From: a virus
IMG/VR virus record: IMGVR_UViG_3300045988_070668
Location: 1 to 45,370 of that record
Direction: 5' to 3' (one strand)
Length of the DNA stretch: 45,370 nt
Under the pieces are notes generated by a model. That model was not told the origin of the DNA. It worked only from the letters and a program-made list of their open reading frames with translations, and ran no database searches. A program made the position numbers and the translations under genes. Below, in pieces: positions 1 to 8,290 of the stretch. Numbering within the stretch: the stretch's first letter is position 1; each line of letters begins with the position of its first letter.

Positions 1-141
1 ACGGACAAGAATGGAGGTGAAATAAATGTCCCCAAGACCAAAATCAGATAAATCTAAGCACAATAGGTTTGAGCTTCGCCTTGATGATGAGATGAATGAG
101 TTGTTAGAGGAGTGTTCTGAAAGGCTTCAAACGACAAAAAC
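1..141. repeat. Terminal direct repeat, copy 1; identical to 45230-45370 (circular-assembly overlap)
   Basis: Base-by-base comparison shows acggacaagaatggaggtgaaataaatgtcc...caaacgacaaaaac at both ends of the window. The repeat cuts through a promoter and the 5' part of an ORF. Confidence 0.95.
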
Positions 142-196
142 AGAAGTAATCAACAGAGGTATTCGGCTGGTTAAATCTGAATTGGACAAAAAATAG
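26..196 (+). CDS. Ribbon-helix-helix (Arc/CopG-like) small DNA-binding protein, 56 aa (RHH-1)
   Basis: ATG at 26 lies 8 nt after GGAGGTG. The translation is MSPRPKSDKSKHNRFELRLDDEMNELLEECSERLQTTKTEVINRGIRLVKSELDKK, a basic N-tail followed by a beta-strand (FELRLD) and two helices, typical of the RHH fold. It is below the 60-aa cutoff of the ORF track. It is a paralogue of 36802..36981. Confidence 0.75.
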   Translation: MSPRPKSDKSKHNRFELRLDDEMNELLEECSERLQTTKTEVINRGIRLVKSELDKK

Positions 197-254
197 GAGG
201 TTCCCTCCCTGGAAAGTCGGAACCTCCTAAAAACCTCACCGCATTGGATTTGGT
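188..254 (-). ncRNA. Predicted ~67-nt antisense RNA (sar-like) of immI-like module 1
   Basis: A minus-strand promoter (TTGAAA-17 nt-TATACT, 289..261) is followed by a 10-bp hairpin (AGGAGGTTCC/GGAACCTCCT, 228..195) and a T6 tract (193..188). The transcript would be complementary to the 3' end and stop codon of RHH-1 and the downstream spacer. Confidence 0.4.
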
Positions 255-260
255 AAATCT

Positions 261-289
261 AGTATACCATTTCCTTTGCGGAATTTCAA
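261..289 (-). promoter_or_regulatory. Sigma-70-type promoter for antisense RNA 1
   Basis: Minus-strand -35 TTGAAA (289..284), 17-nt spacer, -10 TATACT (266..261). Confidence 0.45.
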
Positions 290-310
290 TAGGCAAAGGA
301 GAGTTTTAAG

Positions 311-583
311 ATGGAAACAACAAATGCAGAGTTCGCAAGAGAAGTTTATGCAAATTCTCTTTCAGTAGCCCAGATAGCGCCGATAATAGAAGCCGAAAAA
401 TTCTCTCAATATGCGGACACGGCTGAATATGATTTTTGTGAAAGGATGGCAAGAATCTACGGCTGTGTTCCGAAAAATGGAGACGAATGGAATCTTATGA
501 AATTCCTTGTGACGCTTTATCACTATGGGACTGTGCAAGGTGTGAGAGATGAGAGAAAAAAGAGAGGGAGGTATACTAGATGA
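311..583 (+). CDS. Hypothetical protein (90 aa), middle gene of immI-like module 1
   Basis: ATG is preceded by AAAGGAGAG. The stop overlaps the next start (ATGA at 580-583). No recognisable domain. Confidence 0.6.
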   Translation: METTNAEFAREVYANSLSVAQIAPIIEAEKFSQYADTAEYDFCERMARIYGCVPKNGDEWNLMKFLVTLYHYGTVQGVRDERKKRGRYTR

Positions 584-1320
584 ATGAGATTATTAAGATA
601 AACTATGAAACAGAACAGCCAACAGTATCAGCCAGGGATTTGCATGACGGGCTAGAGATTAAAACGGCTTTTAAAGACTGGTTTCCGAGAATGGCTGAGT
701 ATGGTTTTGAAGCCGGAAAGGACTTTTGCTCAAAAATGAGCGAAAGTACCGGAGGCCGTCCAGCTATTGATTATCAGATTACCGTGGACATGGCAAAGCA
801 GATTTGCATGATACAGCGTTCCGAGAAAGGCCGCCAGTATCGCCAGTATTTCCTTGACCTGGAAAAGGCATGGAATACGCCGGAGCAGGTCATGGCGAGG
901 GCTTTGAAAGTAGCCGGACAGACCATTGATAAGCTGAAAGGGGAAAATGCTGGACTTCTGGAAGATGTTCAGCGCATGAGGCCGAAAGAGATTTTCGCCG
1001 ACGCTGTGGCGACGAGCCATTCCTCAATCCTTATTGGAGACTTGGCGAAGCTGATTAAGCAGAATGGCGTTGACATTGGACAGAAGCGGTTATTTGCATG
1101 GATGAGGGGCAACGGTTATCTGATTAAGCGAAACGGTTCTGACTGGAATATGCCGACGCAGAAAAGCATGGAAATGGGGCTGTTTGAAGTCAAGGAGAGT
1201 ACAGTGAACAATCCGGACGGTTCCGTGAGGATAAACAAGACCACCAAAGTCACCGGAAAGGGACAGCAGTATTTTATTAACAAGTTTCTGAACGGCGCAG
1301 AGGATAAGGAAGCATCATAA
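580..1320 (+). CDS. Phage antirepressor (AntA/AntB-like N-terminal domain plus KilAC/ANT C-terminal domain)
   Basis: N-terminus VSARDLHDGLEIKTAFKDWFPRM...MAKQICMIQRSEKGRQYRQYF matches the AntA/B type. C-terminus IFADAVATSHSSILIGDLAKLIKQNGVDIGQKRLFAWMRGNGYLIKR...PTQKSMEMGLF matches the KilAC type. Confidence 0.85.
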   Translation: MNEIIKINYETEQPTVSARDLHDGLEIKTAFKDWFPRMAEYGFEAGKDFCSKMSESTGGRPAIDYQITVDMAKQICMIQRSEKGRQYRQYFLDLEKAWNTPEQVMARALKVAGQTIDKLKGENAGLLEDVQRMRPKEIFADAVATSHSSILIGDLAKLIKQNGVDIGQKRLFAWMRGNGYLIKRNGSDWNMPTQKSMEMGLFEVKESTVNNPDGSVRINKTTKVTGKGQQYFINKFLNGAEDKEAS

Positions 1321-1338
1321 TTGAATAGTCAAAGCAGA

Positions 1339-1375
1339 AAGCTACTAGCCAGTATTTGGTTAGTAGCTTTTTTTA
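1339..1375 (+). terminator. Rho-independent terminator after the antirepressor
   Basis: Stem AAGCTACTA/TAGTAGCTT followed by a T-run (1368-1374). Confidence 0.7.
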
Positions 1376-1393
1376 TAGAAAGGAGAGGATACC

Positions 1394-1867
1394 ATGCATA
1401 GCGACACTATAACAATATTCAATTTTTACGAATCCAGCACTGCCGCCATCTGGTATCCTCATGTGCTTTCCGGGGTGCATTTGGAGACGGACCGGGGGCA
1501 GATCATGAAACTATACGGCCCTGACAGCACTGATAATGCACAGTTACACATCCCGTTTGTGGATAAAGATGGGAAAAGAGCGGTGGTTGATGCCTCCGGG
1601 AAGGAACTGCCGTGGCTGCCGCCAAAGGAATGGCGGAAACAGGTGAATGACCTGTTGGACGACAGTATCACATTCAACCCCGCCACGGATTTTTTTATGG
1701 CGGGTACATGGGACGGAGACGGACCCATTGATGATGCAGATTATACAGACAGGCGGTATGAGGGATTTTACGCCTTCATGAACGCCGAAAAGGATTTTGT
1801 TTATCTGATTTCATCTGTGGGCGGCCCGTACAAGGTGATCCCACACTTTGAACTACTAGGAAAATAA
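1394..1867 (+). CDS. Putative head-tail joining or minor structural protein (157 aa)
   Basis: RBS AAAGGAGAGG. It lies between the capsid/connector genes (at the end of the circular map) and the tail genes. The function is assigned by position only. Confidence 0.4.
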   Translation: MHSDTITIFNFYESSTAAIWYPHVLSGVHLETDRGQIMKLYGPDSTDNAQLHIPFVDKDGKRAVVDASGKELPWLPPKEWRKQVNDLLDDSITFNPATDFFMAGTWDGDGPIDDADYTDRRYEGFYAFMNAEKDFVYLISSVGGPYKVIPHFELLGK

Positions 1868-1880
1868 GCGCATAGAAAGG

Positions 1881-2621
1881 ATGGAGTTTATGTTAGTAGA
1901 GATTACAGGGAAAAGATATGAAGAAGTATTGACAGTATCAACACGTCAAATTGCAGAGGATTTTGAGAAAACCCATAGAGAAGTAATATATGCAATCGAA
2001 GGCCGAACATCAGATACCGAAAGAGCAGAAGGCTTGGAGGTTAAAAACAAAGGAATCATACCGATGCTAATTCAAGGTGGAAATCCCCACGTTGGAAATT
2101 ATTTCATAGGGTCAGAATATGTCGGAGAAAACGGACGCAAGTATAAAGAATATCTTGTGACAAGGGATGGCTTTTCTTTGCTGGCAATGGGATTTACTGG
2201 CGAAAAGGCTTTGAAGTGGAAATTAAAATATATAGAAGCCTTTAACGCAATGGAATCTGAACTGAAACGCATTTATACAGAGCGGCAGCAATGGCAGATT
2301 GAAAGGGACAAGGGAATTATCGTCCGTCATATTTTGACTGATACCATCAAAATGAAGGTGACTGACAGTCCACACAAGAAGTTTATGTACCCCAATTACA
2401 CCAAACTGATTTATAAAACCATTTTTGGCAAGAGTATGAAAGAGCTCCAGGATCAGTACGGAGTAAAAGGGAAGGAAAGCATAAGGGAATATATAACATC
2501 GGATGAATTGAAGCAGATAGAAACTATGGAAATGCTGGTAAGCAGCCTTATAAGCTGCGGCTGGGGATACGATCAGATTAAGGTGTTTATCCAGGAAAAC
2601 AGCGCAAAGATGATTGCGTAG
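1881..2621 (+). CDS. Rha-family phage regulatory protein (antirepressor-like)
   Basis: N-terminus LTVSTRQIAEDFEKTHREVIYAIEG and FSLLAMGFTGEKALKWKLKYIEAFNAME are typical of the Phage_pRha domain. Confidence 0.7.
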   Translation: MEFMLVEITGKRYEEVLTVSTRQIAEDFEKTHREVIYAIEGRTSDTERAEGLEVKNKGIIPMLIQGGNPHVGNYFIGSEYVGENGRKYKEYLVTRDGFSLLAMGFTGEKALKWKLKYIEAFNAMESELKRIYTERQQWQIERDKGIIVRHILTDTIKMKVTDSPHKKFMYPNYTKLIYKTIFGKSMKELQDQYGVKGKESIREYITSDELKQIETMEMLVSSLISCGWGYDQIKVFIQENSAKMIA

Positions 2622-2629
2622 GTGACGCT

Positions 2630-3133
2630 ATGGCGAGAAGCAAGATAAAGCATTTTAAGGGATTTTCCGTGGTTGACGGAGATATCCGGGTAACGCTGGA
2701 CTTACACCGATTTGAGAAACAATTTCAAGATGCTCAATGGCAACTGGATGGGAATGTAATGAGCAGTATGGAGCCGTTTATGCCAAGGCGGGACGGTAGT
2801 AATTTTATTAATACGACCAGAGCGGCCAGCGCAGCCATACAGGGATCCGGGGAAGTATATGCGGCTTATGCTCCACAGGGACGTTATTTATATATGGGAA
2901 AGGTCATGGTTGATAGAGACACTGGAAAGGGTCCATATAAAATACCGACAGGCCCCGGCGGGGAGTATGTTTTACGATTCCGAAAAGGAGCAACGTTAGT
3001 ACCAACCAACAGACCCCTTAAATATAGCTATCCCAAGGCACAGTCCCACTGGTTTGATGTGGCAAAAGAAAAAGACGGAAAGACCTGGGTAAAAAATGTG
3101 AAGAAAACAGCGGGAGGTGGTAAACGTGGATAA
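2630..3133 (+). CDS. Putative minor capsid / head-tail adaptor protein
   Basis: Position in an A118/Sfi11-like head-to-tail gene series. Tightly packed with its neighbours. Confidence 0.4.
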   Translation: MARSKIKHFKGFSVVDGDIRVTLDLHRFEKQFQDAQWQLDGNVMSSMEPFMPRRDGSNFINTTRAASAAIQGSGEVYAAYAPQGRYLYMGKVMVDRDTGKGPYKIPTGPGGEYVLRFRKGATLVPTNRPLKYSYPKAQSHWFDVAKEKDGKTWVKNVKKTAGGGKRG

Positions 3134-3632
3134 CGAATTGAAACCCATCGGGAAGGATGCCGGGGGATATGATGTCCTAACAGCGGCGATTAAGTCGCTC
3201 TTAAACCAGTTCCCGGGCCTGTACCCGGACGAAGAAGTAATGTTTGAGGAACTGGGAGAGGAAAGTGGAATTGCCTTCTCCAATGACACCGGAGCACTTG
3301 TATATGCCGAGACAGAGGATGTTTTGGGCGGTGTCCATCAGACATGCCAGTATCCTTTTTATGTAGTGTACAGGGCTTCTGGGAGCGCCAAAGAGCGCCA
3401 GAAAATGAGCATACAGGAGTTCCTGGACACATTGGGGAAATGGATATGCCAGGAACCTGTAACCATTGGCGAATACAAATACAAGTTGGACCGCTACCCG
3501 GATTTATCCGGGGGCAGAAAAATCACGAAGGTAACTCGGGATAACTCCTATGGGACAGACCCACAGGAGAACGGTGTACAGGACTGGTTGCTCCCGATAA
3601 CTGTATCATACACAAACGAATTTGAGAGATAG
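3117..3632 (+). CDS. Putative minor capsid / tail-completion protein
   Basis: Overlaps the upstream gene and directly precedes the major tail gene. Assigned by position. Confidence 0.4.
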   Translation: MVNVDNELKPIGKDAGGYDVLTAAIKSLLNQFPGLYPDEEVMFEELGEESGIAFSNDTGALVYAETEDVLGGVHQTCQYPFYVVYRASGSAKERQKMSIQEFLDTLGKWICQEPVTIGEYKYKLDRYPDLSGGRKITKVTRDNSYGTDPQENGVQDWLLPITVSYTNEFER

Positions 3633-3644
3633 GAGATTAAGAAA

Positions 3645-4175
3645 ATGGCGAAATGGACCTATGCTGCCGGAGAGGCAAAAAGAAAAGATTTTATGGTGTT
3701 CTGGATCGTTGATGGATCCGACAATGTAACAGGCAAGGAAAACCTGGAGATCATCGGAAAAGGCGTGGAGGATATGCCGATTTCGATGAACGCTGAGACC
3801 GAGGAGAGCCAGGACGTACTGGGCAATAACAACTATGACATCACCGGATACGCCGAGAGTATGACGGTGGACCCGCTGAATGTGTCTGGCGAGAGTAAGT
3901 ACGCACAGAAGATTGATGAGCTGATGGAGAACAGGGCTACACTGTCTGATCTGCACCTCAAATATCTCTGTGTAAAGAGATACAAAACTGATGAGAGCAA
4001 AAAAATGCGTGCTTGGATCCAGGAGGGCGTGGTGGAACTGGGTGACTTTGCTGGCGGCCTTAAGGGCGTATCCGCAACCCATACCGTGCACTACGTTGGA
4101 GATAGGATCCTGGGAGTAGTGGACCCGGCCACGATGGCATTTACGTCGGACGCCGCAGCCGCGATGGCATTATAA
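3645..4175 (+). CDS. Major tail protein (176 aa)
   Basis: Size and position immediately upstream of the chaperone pair and the tape measure. Confidence 0.55.
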   Translation: MAKWTYAAGEAKRKDFMVFWIVDGSDNVTGKENLEIIGKGVEDMPISMNAETEESQDVLGNNNYDITGYAESMTVDPLNVSGESKYAQKIDELMENRATLSDLHLKYLCVKRYKTDESKKMRAWIQEGVVELGDFAGGLKGVSATHTVHYVGDRILGVVDPATMAFTSDAAAAMAL

Positions 4176-4184
4176 GGAGGAAGC

Positions 4185-4655
4185 ATGGAAAACATCAAAG
4201 TAAGCATTGAGAGCCCAGTAAAATATTACGACTTTGTGGACCAGCACGGAGAGGCGTTAGCCACTCTGCGGTTTGTCCCCACGGACATTGATATCATCGA
4301 GAGATACCGAGAGGCATCTGTGGTGTTTGAAAAAATGCGTGATGAACTGGAAAAGGTTGAGAAAGACAAGCTCTCAGAGGACGAGGCTGTGGCTCTTAAA
4401 AATAAATATGCTGCTGAATTAAAGGAGCGTTTTGACGAGCTTTTCAAGGCCGACACTTCCGGCCTGTTTGATGTCGCAAGCCCGTTCACACCGCTTGAAA
4501 ACGGAGAGACATGGGCACTGGTGATTTTAAAAAGTGTCCAGAAAATCGTTGAAGAGGCAACGGGAAAAAGCTTTGAAGCCATGCAGAGTAAAGCATCAAA
4601 ATATACGGAAAAATACCATGCGGGGCCGGGGAAATACCCGTTCCCGACAAAGTAA
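4185..4655 (+). CDS. Tail assembly chaperone
   Basis: An acidic 156-aa protein between the major tail and tape measure genes. Its stop overlaps the next start (TAATG). Confidence 0.55.
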   Translation: MENIKVSIESPVKYYDFVDQHGEALATLRFVPTDIDIIERYREASVVFEKMRDELEKVEKDKLSEDEAVALKNKYAAELKERFDELFKADTSGLFDVASPFTPLENGETWALVILKSVQKIVEEATGKSFEAMQSKASKYTEKYHAGPGKYPFPTK

Positions 4656-5221
4656 TGGCGGCCTGGGATCTGCCGTATAGGCTTAACGTGGGAGGCGTGG
4701 ACTATGAGATACGGGAGGATTTCCGGGCGGTTCTGGACATCTTGACAGCGTTTAGCGATGATGAGCTGAACGAAAAAGAAAAGACCCAGGCCATGATAGA
4801 GATCCTGTATTATCCTGTCCTGCCTCCGCCGGAGGCACTGGAGGAAGCCGCTGAGGCCGCCAGATGGTTTGTCGACTGCGGAATCACCCGTGAAGAGGAT
4901 CAGCCCACAGCCCGCACAATGGACTGGGAACAGGATGCCGGGATAATCTTCCCCGCAGTCAATAAAATCGCCGGATTCGAGACCAGGGGCCGCCAGACGA
5001 TACACTGGTGGACGTTTTACGGCTGGTTTATGGAGATTGACGACGGACTTTTTTCCCAGGTGCTTTCCATACGGCAGAAATTAGTAAAGGGCAAGAAACT
5101 GGAGAAGTGGGAACAGGAATTTTTGAGGAATAATCAGAAACTTTGCGAGCTTAAAGGAGCCGCGAATGGAACACAGGGAGACTATGAGTTTTTCGCTGAG
5201 TTATTGAGGCGAGGTGAGTAA
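4655..5221 (+). CDS. Gp15-family tail assembly protein (Listeria phage A118 gp15-like)
   Basis: N-terminus WDLPYRLNVGGVDYEIREDFRAVLDILTAFSDDELNEKEK resembles the Phage_Gp15 family. It directly precedes the tape measure. Confidence 0.6.
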   Translation: MAAWDLPYRLNVGGVDYEIREDFRAVLDILTAFSDDELNEKEKTQAMIEILYYPVLPPPEALEEAAEAARWFVDCGITREEDQPTARTMDWEQDAGIIFPAVNKIAGFETRGRQTIHWWTFYGWFMEIDDGLFSQVLSIRQKLVKGKKLEKWEQEFLRNNQKLCELKGAANGTQGDYEFFAELLRRGE

Positions 5222-5223
5222 TT

Positions 5224-7896
5224 TTGAAGCCGGATGGAACCGTTGTAATTGACACAAAAATCAAAACTGATGGGGTAAAAGAAGGGACAGAGGACGTTGA
5301 GAAAACTCTGGTAAGTCTGAAGGACTCTTTGAAAATACTCCCTCAGGCTTTTAAGGATATCCCTAATATTGCGAAGCATGCTTTCTCGTCTGTGGCAAAG
5401 TCGGCCAAACAGACTTCTCCCAGGGTACAGAATTTACAGGACGAAATAGACCGGTATACCGATGCGTTGTATTACGCGGAGAAGGCTGGTTATGGGCTGG
5501 GAGATGCCCCGTATGATGAGGCATACAAAGGGCTTCAAAAGGCCAAACAGGCGGCAGAGGATTATAAAAGACAGCTATTAGGCGTTGATAAAACCCAGAA
5601 AAAAGCAGATAAAACAGAGAAAAAGTTTAATAAGTCATTAAAGGATACCAGTAAATCTGCGCGTGGCGCTCGAATGAGTATCGGGCGTATGCTTGCCACG
5701 TCCATTCTCTTTAGTACCGTATTCCGGGCCATATCTATGGTCACAGCCGGACTTAAGGAAGGAATGGACAACCTGTCGCAGTATTCGGATGATACGAACC
5801 AGGCCCTCTCTATTTTAATGTCAGCTATGACCCAGCTTAAAAATGCTTTTGCGACAGCATTTAGCCCGCTTATAGAATTCGTGGCTCCGGCCCTTGCCCA
5901 GTTTATCAATCTTTTGTCCCAGGCTGTAACCTGGACGGCGCAGCTCCTGGCAGCCCTTACCGGGAAGGATACGTTTGTTAAAGCGGTAAAAGTACAGCAA
6001 GATTATGCAGATAGCCTTGACAAGACAAAGGACGAAACCGAAGAGGCGGCGGATGCGACAGAAAAAAGCCTGGCTCCTTTTGACCAGCTTATCCAGCTCA
6101 CACAGAAAAAGAAAGACAAGGATAAGGATAAAAACGAATTAAAGCCGGAGGATATGTTTGTTACCGAGGAAGTATCCAACGGTATAAAGGTTCAAGCCGA
6201 CACAATCAAAGAAACATTCGGACAATTATTTGCGCCGCTTAAACAATCGTGGGAAGAAAATGGTCCACAGGTTTTATCATCTGTAAAAAATCTCTTCTCC
6301 GCAATCAAACAGCTTGCTGGTGATGTAGGCGCATCATTTATGCAAGTGTGGAATGCTGAAGGATATGGCAAGGCCATCACAGATGATTTGCTGGTTACAT
6401 TTTCAAATCTTGTGGATACAGTCGCTAACTTAATCACAAATTTTGATAAGGCCTGGGTATCCGGAGGAACTGGAACAAGTATACTCCGACATTTAGGAGA
6501 CATTATACTCGAAATAACCGGCTTCTTTAGGGCCGCATCAGAAAGCCTTAAAGAATGGTCTGCGGATCTTGACTTTACCCCGCTTCTAAGGAGTTTTGAC
6601 AATGTATTGATCGCCATAAGGCCGATTGTTTCGGATGTTGGAGATAATTTATTGTGGATGCTTAATGAGGTTCTGTTGCCTATCGCTGCATGGGGAGTGG
6701 AACAAGCTCTTCCAGAAGCGTTTAATTTGATTGCTGCCGCATTAAGAGTAGTACATAGCGTACTTGAGGCTTTGAAACCTTTAGGAATGTGGCTATGGGA
6801 TAATTTCCTTAAGCCATTAGGGCAGTGGACAGGATCAGTGATCATTGCAGCACTTAAAAAAATTACAGAATGTTTGGAAAGGTTCTCTGGATGGATTTCT
6901 GAAAATCAATCAGTAGTACAAAATGGAGCAATAACAGTGGCGGCCTTTTTTGCGGCCTGGAAAATAACAGAGATGCTTTCATTTATACAGCAGTCTGGCG
7001 GTGTTGTAAAAGCACTGGAAAACATTACAAAGGCAGTTGCTGGATCGACTTTGGCCAAAATCAAGGATTCAGCAGAGACGGCGTATCTCAATGCCTTATA
7101 TGCAAAAGATTTTTTGACCAATATAGCCAAGGCAACATCTGAGGTTGTTAAGCATACAGCACAGTTTATTAAGTCAACAGCAGCAAAATGGGCGGAGGTA
7201 GCGGCTCAAAAGGCTTTAACTCTTGCTACACAAGCGTGGAACGGGATTTGTTCCGCCGCAAGGGCGGCTACAACATTCTTTTCCAGCTCAATGGGAACTC
7301 TGGCGATAAAAATAGGGGCAGTCCTTGTTGTATTTAAAGCAATCTATGAATTGGCATCTATGGTATCCAGGGCATGGGACAAAATGACTCCAAATGAAAA
7401 AGTGGCAACAAAAATTATTGCTGTGGCCGGGGCCATCGCTTTGGTAGTTGCTGCCGCCGCCGCATTTATGCACGACTATGCAACATTGGCAATCGCTGGT
7501 TCTATAGCGGCCATAGCCGGGCTTTCGATAGCCGGAATATCATCGGGAGCCAGCAGCAGAAGTGCCTCATATTCACGTTCTGGATATTCCCTTGATACTT
7601 ATTCCACAATCCCCTATAAAATGCCCCGCCTGGCCACTGGAACGGTAGTACCGCCCAGGGCCGGAGAGTTTGCGGCTATCCTGGGAGATAACAAGCGTGA
7701 GACTGAGGTGGTATCGCCGCTGTCAACCATGAAACAGGCGTTAAAAGAAGCGCTCTCAGAGAGCGGATTTGGTGCGGGAGAACGAGATATCAACATCGAA
7801 CTGGTACTTGACGGGCAGCGCTTTGCCCGGGCTGTGTACAAGGCCAATAACCAGGAGAGACAGCGTGTAGGTGTAAGGATGGTGACGAATGGATAA
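5224..7896 (+). CDS. Tail tape measure protein (890 aa)
   Basis: Longest ORF in the window. Coiled-coil N-terminus, several hydrophobic Ala/Gly-rich segments, canonical position. TTG start after GAGGTGAG. Confidence 0.9.
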   Translation: MKPDGTVVIDTKIKTDGVKEGTEDVEKTLVSLKDSLKILPQAFKDIPNIAKHAFSSVAKSAKQTSPRVQNLQDEIDRYTDALYYAEKAGYGLGDAPYDEAYKGLQKAKQAAEDYKRQLLGVDKTQKKADKTEKKFNKSLKDTSKSARGARMSIGRMLATSILFSTVFRAISMVTAGLKEGMDNLSQYSDDTNQALSILMSAMTQLKNAFATAFSPLIEFVAPALAQFINLLSQAVTWTAQLLAALTGKDTFVKAVKVQQDYADSLDKTKDETEEAADATEKSLAPFDQLIQLTQKKKDKDKDKNELKPEDMFVTEEVSNGIKVQADTIKETFGQLFAPLKQSWEENGPQVLSSVKNLFSAIKQLAGDVGASFMQVWNAEGYGKAITDDLLVTFSNLVDTVANLITNFDKAWVSGGTGTSILRHLGDIILEITGFFRAASESLKEWSADLDFTPLLRSFDNVLIAIRPIVSDVGDNLLWMLNEVLLPIAAWGVEQALPEAFNLIAAALRVVHSVLEALKPLGMWLWDNFLKPLGQWTGSVIIAALKKITECLERFSGWISENQSVVQNGAITVAAFFAAWKITEMLSFIQQSGGVVKALENITKAVAGSTLAKIKDSAETAYLNALYAKDFLTNIAKATSEVVKHTAQFIKSTAAKWAEVAAQKALTLATQAWNGICSAARAATTFFSSSMGTLAIKIGAVLVVFKAIYELASMVSRAWDKMTPNEKVATKIIAVAGAIALVVAAAAAFMHDYATLAIAGSIAAIAGLSIAGISSGASSRSASYSRSGYSLDTYSTIPYKMPRLATGTVVPPRAGEFAAILGDNKRETEVVSPLSTMKQALKEALSESGFGAGERDINIELVLDGQRFARAVYKANNQERQRVGVRMVTNG

Positions 7897-8290
7897 CAAG
7901 GTATTTTCCATAGATGGACTCAATCTGAGACTCTGGGTAACGGAACTTAAACGGTCATTTGCGGTAACGGACACGGAAAATTCTGGCCGTGTCCAGTCCT
8001 ACCGGATGCACCGGGACATTATCGGGACCTTTTACAATTACACCCTAAAAATCGACCCGGAAAGAAGCAACCCAGCGGACTATGATACCTTTTATGAGAT
8101 CATCTCCTCCCCGACGGAATCCCATGAACTAGAATTTCCATACGGCCAGGAAACGCTGACGTTTTCCGCCTATGTTACCAGCGGAGAAGATGGTCTCAGA
8201 ATCAACCAGAAGGCACCGGACGGGCAGAAAAACCGCTGGAGCGGGCTGTCCGTCACGTTTACCGCAATGGAGCCGCAGAGGAGGCCGTAG
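7889..8290 (+). CDS. Distal tail protein-like (133 aa)
   Basis: First gene after the tape measure, overlapping it by 8 nt. Confidence 0.45.
   Translation: MDNKVFSIDGLNLRLWVTELKRSFAVTDTENSGRVQSYRMHRDIIGTFYNYTLKIDPERSNPADYDTFYEIISSPTESHELEFPYGQETLTFSAYVTSGEDGLRINQKAPDGQKNRWSGLSVTFTAMEPQRRP

Noticed and set aside
1-141. Genuine phage direct terminal repeat or LTR-like element
   Set aside because: The repeat bisects a promoter and a coding sequence, and its length equals a common assembler k-mer. A circular-assembly overlap is the simpler explanation.
4592-4655. Programmed -1 frameshift joining the two tail-chaperone ORFs (G/GT-like)
   Set aside because: The downstream frame is open from 4592 and is in the -1 frame. 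However, no canonical X XXY YYZ heptamer lies in the overlap (GGGGAAA at 4628-34 is not in a slippery register). The second ORF also has its own ATG overlapping the stop (TAATG). I cannot exclude a frameshift, but it is not supported.
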